Positions 34,588 through 46,282 of a stretch of DNA of 64,000 bases are shown here, piece by piece. Both the position numbers and the translations under genes were made by a program. Numbering within the stretch: position 1 is the stretch's first letter; each line of letters starts with the position of its first letter. The stretch is from Pristiophorus japonicus (taxonomy: Eukaryota), in the NCBI RefSeq assembly GCF_044704955.1, contig NC_091995.1, forward strand, positions 26,908,001-26,972,000. The letters run 5' to 3'. The notes beneath the pieces are model-generated. The model searched no databases and was not told where the DNA came from. It worked only from the letters and a program-made list of their open reading frames with translations.

Positions 34588-34889
34588 GATTAAAGGGGTA
34601 GGGGGAGAGCTCATCCATAGACAATAAAAGGGGGGGCGGGGAGGGAGAGCTCAACCACACTTAATAAAGGGGGGGGAGGGGGGAGTAGGCATTGCTCATT
34701 CACTGTTGAATTTTAGTTTCCCATTACCCACAATCATTGTCACATGATCATGAGTGTAACTGTTCAGGCAACCATGGCAACACGTGAGTCTGCAGAGCAA
34801 TATTAGACAAATCTATATCTTGTTCAAACATGAGTGAAGCAGAACATTGCACTGGGTCACCACCTGCTAGTTATTTAAATAACACTTAC

Positions 34890-35189
34890 CAAACACCTCA
34901 AGAGTTAGAATTCTGGTCCTGTGAGGGTCTAAGTCCACAGTCAATTTGTATCTCCCAGTGTCTGCCTGCTGTAAATCTTTTAGTAATAAGGATCCATCTG
35001 ATTTGTTAAATTCAACTCGATTCCTGTACTGGTCAAATATGATGGGATGTATTTTGGTGTATTCCATAATGGGAATAGTCCTGCTGGGATCAGAGAATTC
35101 CCAGTTGAAATCGGAGAATCCTCTATCAGTTCCAGGGAATCGGATGGAGGAACCTGCAGCAGCCACCATGCTGTCTTTCACCATCTGTG
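34890..35189 (-). CDS. IgV exon without cysteines (first Ig domain seen)
   Basis: Same splice signals and phase as 28229-28528; 13 amino-acid differences. Confidence 0.92.
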
Positions 35190-37456
35190 CTAAAATATAA
35201 ATGAGTGAATCAGAACAGTTTACACTTTATTTACAATTCTTTTTAAATAATACAATTCAACCATGTTCCCGCTTGTTAAAGGGACACAACCACTCGAACC
35301 TGCAAGCTAACCAAAAACGTTTCAGAAAACCGAACAAATCAAATTACACACAATATTACAGGTGGGGTTTAATCATTACACAAACAGTGGCAGCTGTGTA
35401 AATGAATCCACTTCTCCCCATGGCAACAGATGCTGCTAACTTTGACCCCTCTCACCTTCACTATTTAAAGTGTGTCAGTGTCTTTGTTGGTAATCTTCAG
35501 CAGCTCACCAACGGTTGCCCAGTCAGCCCATGTAAACAAGAGAAGATCAGAAGTACAGGAGGAGCAGGAGTAGGTCATTTGGCTCTGCCATTCAATAAGA
35601 TCATGATCTGATTATAGGCTCAGCTCCACTGCCCTGCCTGCCTTATACCCTTATCACTCAAAAATCTGTCTATCTCTGCCTTAAATATATTCAATGACCC
35701 AGCCTTCACATCTCTCTGGGGCAGAGAATTCCATAGATTTACAACCTGCTGAGAAGAAATTTCTCCTCATTTCAGTTTTAAAAGGGGGCCTCTATGACTA
35801 TGGGCTCGATTTTCCCCATTCATTTGCACCGCTTTTTTGGCGTATTTATTTTTTTCAATGTTTCTCCTGCGATCTGCACTGGCGTAGCTGACTTAGTTAC
35901 TATTTTTCTAGGCCAGTTTTCTTTTACGTCATTCCCTCATTCCCTCATGTCTGGGCCGTTTTTTTTCAATTGTTCGCAGTTTGGCCAAAATATTTTTCTC
36001 TTAGGTATTTGGCCACTCCTGAAAACCCTTCTGGTGAGTTAAGACAACCAGCGCACATTTACAAATCTGCGCTGAAAGATGCCATTGTTTTTAAATCGAA
36101 GATTTTGGAGGGAGTCAAGAACACTGTCAAAATCAATAATAAAGTTCAACTTTTCTTTTTTACCTGTTAATGTAGAAGTGTAAATTTGTTGGATTTCAGA
36201 AGTTCTCTCATTTTTTAAACTTATTCACATGCCACCAGCGAACGCCTTGAGACAGGGCTGGAGGTCGGAGGTTTGGCCGGCAGAATCGGCCCCGTGCCCG
36301 GTCACAGAGGCTCGGCTACAAAACAAGCCATGGGGGGAAGGAGAGAGAGAGAGAGCGAGGTGCTGATTGGAAGGCTTGGAGCCCGGGGAGAGGGAGGGAG
36401 AGAGAGAGAAATCACAAGAATCCAATTAGTAAAGGGGGTGGGGGGAGGAAAGAGGAGAGAGAGAGGTGTCGATTGGAAGGCTTGGAGCCCGGGGAGGGGG
36501 AGGGAGAGAGAGAAGTCACAAGACTTCAATTTAGGGTGAGGGGGAAGAGAGGAGAAGTCACAAGACCGTTGAGTGTGGTCCACCAATACAGACCTGGAGA
36601 GATACAACTGCGAACCTGTGCTGCCTGCTTTCCTACGTTTTGAGCTTCTTTCAAAGGTTAAATTTAAGTATGGGGGCAATACTGACAATGTCATTCCTTG
36701 TGCGAGCCTTGTGCATCATGGTGCTACATAGGAGACATAAGAACATAAGAACTAAGAATTAGGAACAGGAGTAGGCCATCGAGCCTCTCGAGCCTGCTCC
36801 GCCATTCAGTAAGATCATGGCTGATCTGGCCGTGGACTCAGCTCCACTTACCCGCCCTCTCCCCGTAACCCTTAATTCCCTTATTGGTTAAAAATCTATC
36901 TATCTGTGATTTGAATATATTCAATGAGCTAGCCTCAACTGCTTCCTTGGGCAGAGAATTCCACAGATTCACAACCCTCTGGGAGAAGAAATTCCTTCTC
37001 AACTCGGTTTTAAATTGGCTCCCCCGTATTTTGAGGCTGTGCCCCCCAGTTCTAGTCTCCCCAACCAGTGGAAACAACCTATCTGCCTCTATCCTGTCTA
37101 TCCCTTTCATTATTTTAAATGTTTCTATAAGATCACCCCTCATCCTTCTGAACTCCAACGAGTAAAGACCCAGTCTACTCAATCTATCATCATAAGGTAA
37201 CCCACTCATCTCCGGAATCAGCCTAGTGAATCGTCTCTGTACCCCCTCCAAAGCTAGTATATCCTTCCTTAAGTAAGGTGACCAAAACTGCACGCAGTAC
37301 TCCAGGTGCGGCCTCACTAATACCCTGTACAGTTGCAGCAGGACCTCCCTGCTTTTGTACTCCATCCCTCTCGCAATGAAGGCCAACATTCCATTCGCCT
37401 TCCTGATTACCTGCTGCACCTGCAAACTAACCTTTTGGGATTCATGCACAAGGACC

Positions 37457-37556
37457 AACCACAAAAAAAAGAAGAAAAAAAGGGCATTGTAAATGTAGGT
37501 GTTTCCCCCAGATCGGGGGGCACGGTTTAATGTTTTTTGTTTACTCCTAAAAGAGT
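37457..37556 (+). mobile_element. 100-bp 5'-truncated 3' tail of the CR1-targeting Tx1
   Basis: Near-identical to 42650-42748; flanked by TTCATGCACAAGGACC (37441-37456) and TTCATGTACAAGGACC (37557-37572). Confidence 0.9.
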
Positions 37557-38511
37557 TTCATGTACAAGGACCAATGGTGGAGCTTTGGAGGCGTGGCCTA
37601 ATGAGTTGGAGCCGTGAGCAGTGAGAGAAGGAGCTGCTGCTTTTGCTCCTGTCTGGGAGGCCTTTGAGAGCCCTGAGACCAGCCCAGGAAGAGGAGGAAG
37701 GAAGGGGCTTGCTACAATTCAACATCCGTAGGGAGAGGAGGAGAGCTGAAAAATTTATTATTTACTACAACTACAGAGAGTTGGAGAGAGGGGAAAAAAA
37801 CAACCTGAGGAAAAACCATCCAGTGTGGAAGGAGGGAGAGTCATTTCCACATCTTCGACAGGTGGGTGTGTTTTGGTTCATTCCCCAAAAGACTTTGTTG
37901 TATCGGTGGGGGGAGGAAAGAAGATAACTTGAGTGCCAGAACATCGCGGGGGGTGTGTGTGTGTGGAAGTGTGTGTGGGGGTCTTGCTTACAGCTAGGCC
38001 CCACACACCACCGAAGAACCCCTCCCCCATTGCCTAGCCTGGGATAGCTGGAGCTACCTGGCTGAAGAATCTTTAATCACCCTATTGAACATCGTTGGGA
38101 GTGTGTGCCTGGGTGGCTCCAGCTACCCCAGGTGAAGACATCTTCTCCCCCCACCCGAAGACCACTCTCCAAAGACTGTGTTTTTTGCCATCTGGGGAGT
38201 GCACCCCAAGAAACACCCACCCACCGCTGTGAGGGGAGACCTGCCCTCGCAGCCTCCCTCCTTCCCAACCCCTCCCTCTATCTCTCTCTCTCTGTCCCTC
38301 CCCTCTCTCTCTGAGAGCCCTTTCCTCCTAATTTCTTTTAAAAAAACCAATGAAGACAACTGAGCAGAGGGTGCAAGGCCCCTCCCCAATTGCCAACTAG
38401 GGGAGAGGTGTGCCTCTTTCAGAGCTCCCTCTGTTCAAATATTCAAACGAAGCCACTTAAGACCATTAAGGCCTGTGACTTTGGGGTGGGTGTGGCCCTT
38501 AAAGGGACCCC

Positions 38512-40614
38512 ATGATGGCGACCCCATCCACGCCAGTGGCAGGGCCAGCTAGGACATATGCGCAGGTGGCGTCCACATCCACGGCGCCTCCTGCGCCTCC
38601 TGCTGCCCTGCCACCATTCAGACTGATAACTAAAAAACACGGGGTCAAGAGCTACACTCACCCCACAATGAGCATTGAGGAGTGCGTGCGGGCGGTGGCC
38701 GGGGTAGTCGGCCTCTCAGCCATTGTCGCGGCCTCCAAGATGTCTGGGAAGGCCGTGTTCTTCCTGGGGTCGGAGCGGGCCGTGTCCCTGGCCCTCGAAA
38801 AGGGGCTCACGGTGGGCGGGAGGTTCCTGCCGGTGGACCCTCTCGAGGCCACCGCGCAGAGGGTCATCATTTCAAACATCCCGCCCTTTGTTCCCGCTGA
38901 ACTCCTCCTCCCTCACCTACACCAACTGGGGGAGGTAAGGTCGGGGATCAACCCCATACCGCTCGGCCTCAGGGAGAGCAGCCTGCACCACGTGTTCTCC
39001 TTCCGCCGCCAGCTCTTTGTCCGGCTGGCGCGGGAGGAGACGACGGAGGGCTATTTTAATGTGGTGCACGAGGGGACTGCCTACCGCGTCTTCTGGACGT
39101 CGGACGGCGTGCGGTGCCATGCCTGCAGGGAGGTGGGGCACGTTCGCAAGAACTGCCCCGCCTCCAAAGCCACCAAACCACCGAAGGCGGCCAAGGCTGG
39201 CGCCGCCGCCACCCCTCCCCCTAGTAGCGTCCGCGTGCCGGGAGCTGTGGGTGCGCGGGCATCGTCGGGGGCCTTTGTTTTCACGGCCTCCAGCGGGGGG
39301 GAGGGAGAGCGTCCGATCAGAAGGAAGGCGCGGAAGAAGGCGAAACATCTGGAGGCAGGTCCCCTCGGTGCGCCAGACAATCTGTTTATCGCGCTCAGCC
39401 CAACCCCGTCACCGGCGAGCGTGGGGTGCCCTGAGCCCGTGCCTGAACCCTCGATCAATACTACAGAGGGGTTCGGGCACGGGCATGATAAGGAAAAGGG
39501 GGGAGTGGAGCGGGAGGCCTCGGCAGACATGGGGGTCTCCCTGCCTCCGCTCCCCCCCAGGAACAAAAGGAGGCACCGCTCGAATGAGACGGAGGGGGAA
39601 CAACATCCCTCCGCGGAGGAGTTGGTGCCCGCCGCGTGTCCCGCGTCCCCCACCAGCGCCCCCAAGCTGCGCTGTAGGCGAGAGGAGTCTGTCCCCGGGG
39701 AGGGTGAGACAGTCGAGGCTGCCCAGCCGCTGCCTCCCGGGGATGGCGTGAAATATCTGCCTGTCGTGGGGGGCGTGGGACCAGCGGAGGAGTGCATCGC
39801 CGCCGGGTCGAGCGTCCCGGGGACTGAGGCGGGCAGGGCCGAAAAGGCCGAACCTGAGCTCGCCCAGCTATTAACCAACTTCCCCCAGGTTTCGCTCGGC
39901 CCGGAAGAAACGGAAATTTTGAATTTTAATGATTCTGTACACGCTGGGCCGGGGGGTGGCAGCGGGGAGGGGGAAGAACAACAACCCTCGCCCCCTACTG
40001 TGGAGCTGAGGGACTTGGTGGACCTAGAGAATTTCCTAAACCAGGTCTCTCCGTGTTCCCCGGCTCCTGGGGCGGAGGAGGAACCCCTTCCGCTGTCGCT
40101 TCCCGACCCAGCACCACTTTTAAAAGAGCCCAGTGGGGACTCCTCTGCCGATGATCCTGGGGGTGGGATCGGGGCAGAGCCAGGGCCGGATGGAGCGGCC
40201 GGGCCGTTTGCCGTTCCTCGTGCGGTCAACGGGCCGGCTGCTGGCGGCGACCTCCCGGGGGAGGACGGGGACTCGGTGGGGGACGCGGGAGAAGATCACG
40301 AGTCCATCGCCAGTGAGGCAGTGGATCTGCTCGCGTCCGCCGCTGAGACCCTCCTCATTCCTGCAAAGGAACTCCGGGACTTTTTGGTCCAGTGCCGGGG
40401 TCGCCGCGACCAAGCCCATCTGGCCCTGGAAAGATGGTCTGAGCCGGTGTTGCTCATCGCTTCCGTCCGCGCCGCCGCTAAAACCATGGCCGCGGGCGGG
40501 CCCTTATCAAGGGCGCAAGGCCTTGAGCTGCGCCGGCTCAAAAAGTTCCTCGCTGGGCTGCTGAAGGAGTGGAGGTCAACAAACGACTCCACTCCCTCCC
40601 CCACAATAGGTTAG
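38512..40614 (+). CDS. Tx1 ORF1 protein (700 aa), open
   Basis: CHACREVGHVRKNC knuckle; colinear with 10431-12527. Confidence 0.88.
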   Translation: MMATPSTPVAGPARTYAQVASTSTAPPAPPAALPPFRLITKKHGVKSYTHPTMSIEECVRAVAGVVGLSAIVAASKMSGKAVFFLGSERAVSLALEKGLTVGGRFLPVDPLEATAQRVIISNIPPFVPAELLLPHLHQLGEVRSGINPIPLGLRESSLHHVFSFRRQLFVRLAREETTEGYFNVVHEGTAYRVFWTSDGVRCHACREVGHVRKNCPASKATKPPKAAKAGAAATPPPSSVRVPGAVGARASSGAFVFTASSGGEGERPIRRKARKKAKHLEAGPLGAPDNLFIALSPTPSPASVGCPEPVPEPSINTTEGFGHGHDKEKGGVEREASADMGVSLPPLPPRNKRRHRSNETEGEQHPSAEELVPAACPASPTSAPKLRCRREESVPGEGETVEAAQPLPPGDGVKYLPVVGGVGPAEECIAAGSSVPGTEAGRAEKAEPELAQLLTNFPQVSLGPEETEILNFNDSVHAGPGGGSGEGEEQQPSPPTVELRDLVDLENFLNQVSPCSPAPGAEEEPLPLSLPDPAPLLKEPSGDSSADDPGGGIGAEPGPDGAAGPFAVPRAVNGPAAGGDLPGEDGDSVGDAGEDHESIASEAVDLLASAAETLLIPAKELRDFLVQCRGRRDQAHLALERWSEPVLLIASVRAAAKTMAAGGPLSRAQGLELRRLKKFLAGLLKEWRSTNDSTPSPTIG

Positions 40615-40639
40615 GTAGAGGTTGCACTATGCTCTTGTC

Positions 40640-42544
40640 ATGAAGATAACCATAGCCAGCCTCAACATCAACGGCGGCAGAGGGGCACGCCGTAGATTTA
40701 ACAATTTTTCGCTCCTGCGGGAGGGGAAATATGCGGTGTGCTTCCTGCAAGAAACCCACACCGTTCCGGGAGACGAAGCCACATGGCTCCTGGAATGGCA
40801 AGGAGAGGTCCGCATGAGCCACCTCACCGCCACTTCTAGTGGGGTGGCCATCTTGCTGGCCCCGCATTTTCAGCCGGAGATCTCCTCTATCTCCTCTATC
40901 TGGGAGCACGACCCATCTCCTCTATCTGGGAGTCTACCTTAGCCCCGACGAGGAAGCCTGGCCGGCGAACTGGCAGGAGCTGGAGGCCAAGGTCACCGCT
41001 CGCCTAGGGCGCTGGACAGGACTGCTCCGAGTGCTGTCCTACAGGGGTCGAGCGCTAGTCATAAACCAGCTGGTGGCCGCCATGTTGTGGTACCGGCTGG
41101 TCACTTTGATCCCTCCCCCTGCGTTTGTCGCCAAGATACAGAAGAAGCTGGTGGACTTCTTCTGGAACAACAGGAAGCACTGGGTCTCTGCCGCGGTCTT
41201 GAGGCTCCGGCTTGGGGAGGGCGGTCAGTCGTTGGTGTGCGTCAGCGCCCAGCTTGCGACTTTCCGTCTTCAGACCCTGCAGAGATACCTTTACATCGAG
41301 CCCCCTCCTAGGTGGCGTGCTCTGGTGACGTATTTCTTCCGCCAGCAGCACGGCCTCAACTACGACACGCAGCTCCTGCTTGTGAGTGTGGGGGGAGTCA
41401 GTACCGGGAGCTGCCTGTCTTTTACAAGGAACTCATCAGGGTCTGGAACAAAGTCTCCACCAAGCGCAGCTCTCCACCGGCTGGAGTGGCGGCCGTCCTG
41501 CAGGAGCCGCTGCTCAGGAATCCGTACCTCCACGACCGAGGTTTTTTGTGGTGGTCGGACGAGAGGGCTGTGGCTGGTGAGGTGACCAGGGTCAGGAACC
41601 TGCTCGATGGCGGAGGAACGGGCTGGATGGCACCAGACACGCTGGCGCGCTGCCTAAATTCTACCAACGTCCGCCACGTGGCCGATGCCATCGAGTCGCT
41701 AAAAAGAGCTCTGGGCCCCGACTCCGTTAGGTGCATCGAGGAGGCTCAAGCACGTGGGGAGATCCCGTCCGAACTGACCCCAGTCCGGACGGAATTCCTC
41801 ATCGGCGCCAAACCCCGGAACCTCCCTCGGGGGCCGGCGCCTCACAACTTGAGCCGCCTCGGAGAAATCCCCTCCGTGCCTTTCAGTTCCGCGCAGAGGG
41901 GTTTCCTGTACGGGCTGCTCCTGCACACTCTCAACTTTGCCATCCTCGCCGGCCGTCCGGACACGCCATGGCGTACCATCTTGCCGTCCGGAGGAGGCGG
42001 GGGTCCCCGATGGAGGGCACTCTACGCAGGGGTCCTCCCACTATTTGTCGGGGACTTGGCCTGGAGGGTGGTGCACGGAGCAGTGCCGTGCAATACATTT
42101 TTAAGCCGGTTCACGGGCTCCCAGGCCGCCTGCAATTTCTGTGGTCTGGAAGAGTCCGTGTTCCATGTTTTTATTGAGTGCATGAGGTTGCAGCCCCTGT
42201 TCTGTTATTTAAAGGGGCTGCTCCTGAAATTCTGGCTGCACTTCAGCCCCACACTCCTGATCTTCGGGCACTCTGTGCAGAGGGGAGCGGGTAGGTCCGA
42301 GGGCCTTCTCGTAGGACTGCTCCTGGGCACGGCCAAGGGGGCCATCAGCCGGTCCAGGCATCGGGCGGTCGAGGGGGTCGTTCAGCTAGACTGCCTGCCT
42401 CTCTTCCGCGCATACATCCGGTCCAGGGTGTCCTTGGAGATGGAGCACGCGGTGTCCACCGGTACGCTCGCGGCCTTCTGCGAGAGTTGGGCACCGGAGG
42501 GACTGGAGTGCATCATCACGCCCGGCAACCAAATTTTAATTTGA
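40640..42544 (+). pseudogene. Tx1 ORF2 remnant lacking most of APE and the RT core
   Basis: MKITIASLNING..FLQETH, then HLLYLGVYL..., C-terminal CNFCGLEESVFHVFIEC. Confidence 0.9.
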
Positions 42545-43822
42545 TTTTATGTTTTTAAGTTAATTTGTTTTAATTGCCGGTGCTTTTAGTGTCCCCCTCC
42601 CCTTTTATCGGGGGCACTTGGAAAAAAATTTGATTATGTGCCCCAAAAAACCCCCCCAAAAAATAAGAAAAAAGGGCCTTGTAAATGTTGGTGTTTCCCC
42701 CAGATCGGGGGGCATGGTTTAATGTTTTTTGTTTACTCCTAAAAGAGTTTCATGCACAAGGACCCCCAGGTCCCGCTGCACCGCAGCATGTTGTAATTTC
42801 TCCCCATTCAAATAACATTCCCTTTCACTGTTTTTTTTTCCAAGGTGGATGACCTCACATTTTCCGACATTGTATTCCATCTGCCAAACCTTAGCCCATT
42901 CGCTTAACCTATCTAAATAATTGATTCGACTTCATCGCATCAGGAATATCAGAGCCCGTAGGGTGCTGGGCAGGAGGCCTTACCCACCTTGGGTATATTG
43001 AGACAGGCATTCATACCTCTACCTGAGTGATGCAGAATGTGTCGAAATGCTGCGTTTCCACAAAGAAGTTGTAAGTGAGATCTGTGAGTTGGTCAAAGCA
43101 GACCTGCAACCTAGAAGCATCAGGAGGACTGCTTTGTCAATTGAAGTGAAGGTTACAGCTGCACTTTCATTCTATGCCTCCGGATCATTTCAAGCTACAA
43201 CTGGGGATGTGTGCGCCGTCTCTCAACATGCAACACATGTCTCCATTTGCCAGGTCACGGCTGCACTGTACGCATGTAGGAATTACTTAATAAAGTTCCC
43301 CATGACCGCCCAAGCAATCCATGACAGGGCTGTCAGTTTCTCCAGGATTGCTGGCTTCCCAAAGTTATGGGATTGCATTGATTGTACCCACATTGCCTTA
43401 CGAGCACCTTTAAAGAATTCCGAGATGTACAGGAACAGAAAACCCTGGCAGCATCCATGATGCGTTCATCCTACGCAACAGTATTTTATCTGCCATGTTT
43501 CAACTCAGAGTGGGAAAACAGAGCTTGGTAAGTCAGAGAGTCTTAAGGGTTAATCTCTTTTATACCATTTGGAGGCTGGTGGCAATTGCTAGTAGCCTCT
43601 AAGTAAGATTAACAGTTAAATATTTAGGATTCTTTCAGGCTGAAGTAGAGACAAAAAGCATGTGGGGCGATCCCGTCTGAACTGACCACCGTCCGGATGG
43701 AATTCCTCATCGGCGCCAAGCTACGAAACCTCCCTCGGGAGCCGGCGCCTCACTTGAGCCTCCTCCGGGAAATACCCTCCGTGCCTTTCAGTTCTGCATG
43801 GAGGGGATTCCAGTACGGGCTG

Positions 43823-46282
43823 CCCTTATACATGGCCCTTTTTGATCTTACAAAGGCCTTTGACACTGTCAACCGTGAGGGCTTATGGAGCGTCGTCCTC
43901 CGTTTTGGATGCCCCTGAAAGTTTGTCAACATCCTTCTTCTGCTCCACGACGACATGCAGGCCGTGATCCTTACTAGCGGTTCTATTACAGACCCAATCC
44001 ACGTCCTGACTGGGGTCAAACAGGGCTGCGTCATCGCTTCAACTCTCTTCTCAATCTTCCTTGCTGCCATGCTCCACCTTACAGTCAACAAGCTCCCCGT
44101 TGGAGTGGAACTAAACTACAGAACCAGTGGGAAGCTTTTTAAATGGGTCCTTTTCAGAATGGCAGGCAGTGACCAGTGGGGTGCTGCAGGGTTCAGTGCT
44201 GGGACCCCAGCTATTTACAATATACATCAATGATTTAGAGGAAGGAATTGAATGTAATATTTCCAAGTTTGCAGATGACACGAAGCTGGGTGGTGGTGTG
44301 AGCTGTGAGGAGGATGTTAAGAGGCTACAGGGTGATTTGGACAGGTTAGGTTATGGGCAAATTCATGGCAGATGCAGTATAATGTGGATACATGTGAGGT
44401 TATCCACTTTGGTGGCAAAAACAGGAAGAGAGAATATTATCTGAATGGTGACAGATTAGGAAAAGGGGAGGTGCAACGAGACCTGGGTGTCATCGTACAT
44501 CAGTCATTGAAGTTTGGCATGCAGGTACAGCAGGTGGTGAAAAAGGCAAATGGCATGTTGGCCTTCATAGCTAGAGGATTTGAATATAGGAGCAGGGAGG
44601 TCTTACTGCAGTTGTATAGAGCCTTGGTGAGGCCACACCTGGAATATTGTGTTCAGTTTTGGTCCCCTAATCTGAGGAAGGACATTCTTGCTATTGAGCG
44701 AGTACAGCGAAGGTTAACCAGATTGACTCCTGGGATGGCAGGACTGACATATGAGGAGAGATTGGATCAACTGGGCCTGTATTCACTGGAGTTTAGAAGG
44801 ATGAGAGTGGATCTCATAGAAACATATAAAATTCTGATAGGATTGGACAGGTTAGAGGCAGGAAGAATGTTCCCGTTGCTGGGGAGTTCCAGAACCAGGG
44901 GTTACAGGCTAAGAATAAGGGGTAAGCCACTTAAGACTGAGATGAGGAGAAACTTCTTCACTGAGAGTGGTTAACCTGTGGAATTCTCTACCGCAGAAAG
45001 TTGTTGAAGCCAGTTCGTTAAATATATTCAAAATGGAGTTAGATATGGCCCTTATGGCCAAAGGGATCAAGGGGTATGGAGAGAAAGCAGGAAAGGGGTA
45101 CTGAGGTTGAATGATCAGCCATGATCTTATTGAATGGTGGTGCAGGCTCGAAGAGCCGAATGGCCTGCTCCTGCACCTAATTTCTATGTTTCTATGTCTA
45201 TGTTTCTAACCGACGCCACCTCCAGGCCAGGTCCACGATCACCCCAACCTCTGTCATTGAGCTGCAGTATGCGGACGACACCTGCATCTACGCACATTCT
45301 GAGGCGGAACTCCAGGATATAATCTATGTATTCACTGAGGCATAGGAAAGCATGGGCCTTACGCTTAACATCTGTAAGACAAAGGTCCTTCACCAGCCAG
45401 TCCTCGCCGCGCAGCACTGCCCCCACAAGTCATCAAGATTCAAGGCGCAGCTCTCGACAATATGGACCACTTTCCATACCTCGGGAGCCTCTTATCAACA
45501 AAGGCAGACACTGATGGAGACATTCAACATCGCCTCCAGTGCGCCAGTGCAGCCTTTGGCCGCCTGAGGAAAAGAGTATTCGAAGACCAGGCCCTCAAAT
45601 CTAGCACCAAACTCATGGTCTACAGGGCTGTAGTAATACCTGCCCTCCTGTATGGATCAAAAGCATGGACGATGTACAGAAGACACCTCGAGTCGCTGGA
45701 AATATATCACCAATGATGCCTCCACAAGATCCTGCAAATCCCCTGGGAGGACAAGCGCACCAACATCAGTGTCCTCGCCCAGGCTAACATCCCCAGCATT
45801 GAAGCATTGACCACACTCGATCAACTTTGCTGGGCAGGCCACACAGTTCGCATGCCAGACACGAGACTCCCTAAGCAATTGCTCTGTGCGGAGCTCCTTC
45901 ACGGCAAATGAGCCAAAGGTGGGCAGCGGAAACATTACAAGGACACCCTCAAAGCCTCCCTGGTAAAGTGCGACATCACCACTGAAATCTGGGAGTCCCT
46001 GGCCGAAGAACGCCCTAGGTGGAGAAAGTGTATCCGGGAGGGCGTTGAGCTCTTCGAATCTCAACGACGCGAGCGTGAAGAGGTCAGGCGCAGGCAGCGG
46101 AAGGAGCATGCGACAAATCAGTCCCACCCTCCCCCCGCTCCTTTTCCCCCAACGAATATCTGTCCCACCTGTGACAGTGTCTGTGGCTCTCGTATTGGAC
46201 TGGCCAGCTACCAAAGGACTCATTTTAGGAGTGGAAACAAGTCTTCCTCGATTCCGAGGGACTGCCTTTGACGATGATGATG
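43823..46282 (+). mobile_element. 5'-truncated RTE (BovB-like) LINE, split by a CR1 at about 44137-45206
   Basis: FDLTKAFDTVNREGLW, GVKQGCVIA, LQYADD, FPYLGS; (GAT)n tail at about 46270-46284. Confidence 0.88.
44137..45206 (+). mobile_element. 5'-truncated CR1
   Basis: [25 protein letters not shown]; (TTTCTATG)n terminus. Confidence 0.9.

Larger units (their letters stand above)
37573..42748 (+). mobile_element. Tx1-clade retrotransposon (CR1-targeting family, copy 2) with about 2-kb internal ORF2 deletion
   Basis: TSD at 37557-37572 and 42749-42764; 5'UTR and ORF1 homologous to copy 1; ORF2 jumps from the APE N-terminus to the post-RT region at about 40883. Confidence 0.95.
36735..42916 (-). 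mobile_element. 5'-truncated CR1 (about 0.9 kb net), same subfamily as 8628-19814, interrupted at 37457-42748 by Tx1
   Basis: (CATAAGAA)n terminus; ORF 36838..37464 VLVHESQKVSLQVQQ...; resumes at 42749. Confidence 0.92.

Noticed and set aside
39081-40229. 382-aa antisense ORF and similar overlapping ORFs within the Tx1 copies
   Set aside because: Expected in very GC-rich coding sequence; not continuous in copy 1; no recognisable domain.
36735-42916. Explaining the two CR1+Tx1 loci as one segmental duplication
   Set aside because: Flanks outside the CR1s are unrelated, the CR1 truncation points and upstream passengers differ, and the Tx1 UTRs look more diverged than the host CR1s.
43047-43460. 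Domesticated HARBI1 host gene
   Set aside because: It lies between TIRs with a TSD, and is fragmented and interrupted; it is a dead transposon copy.
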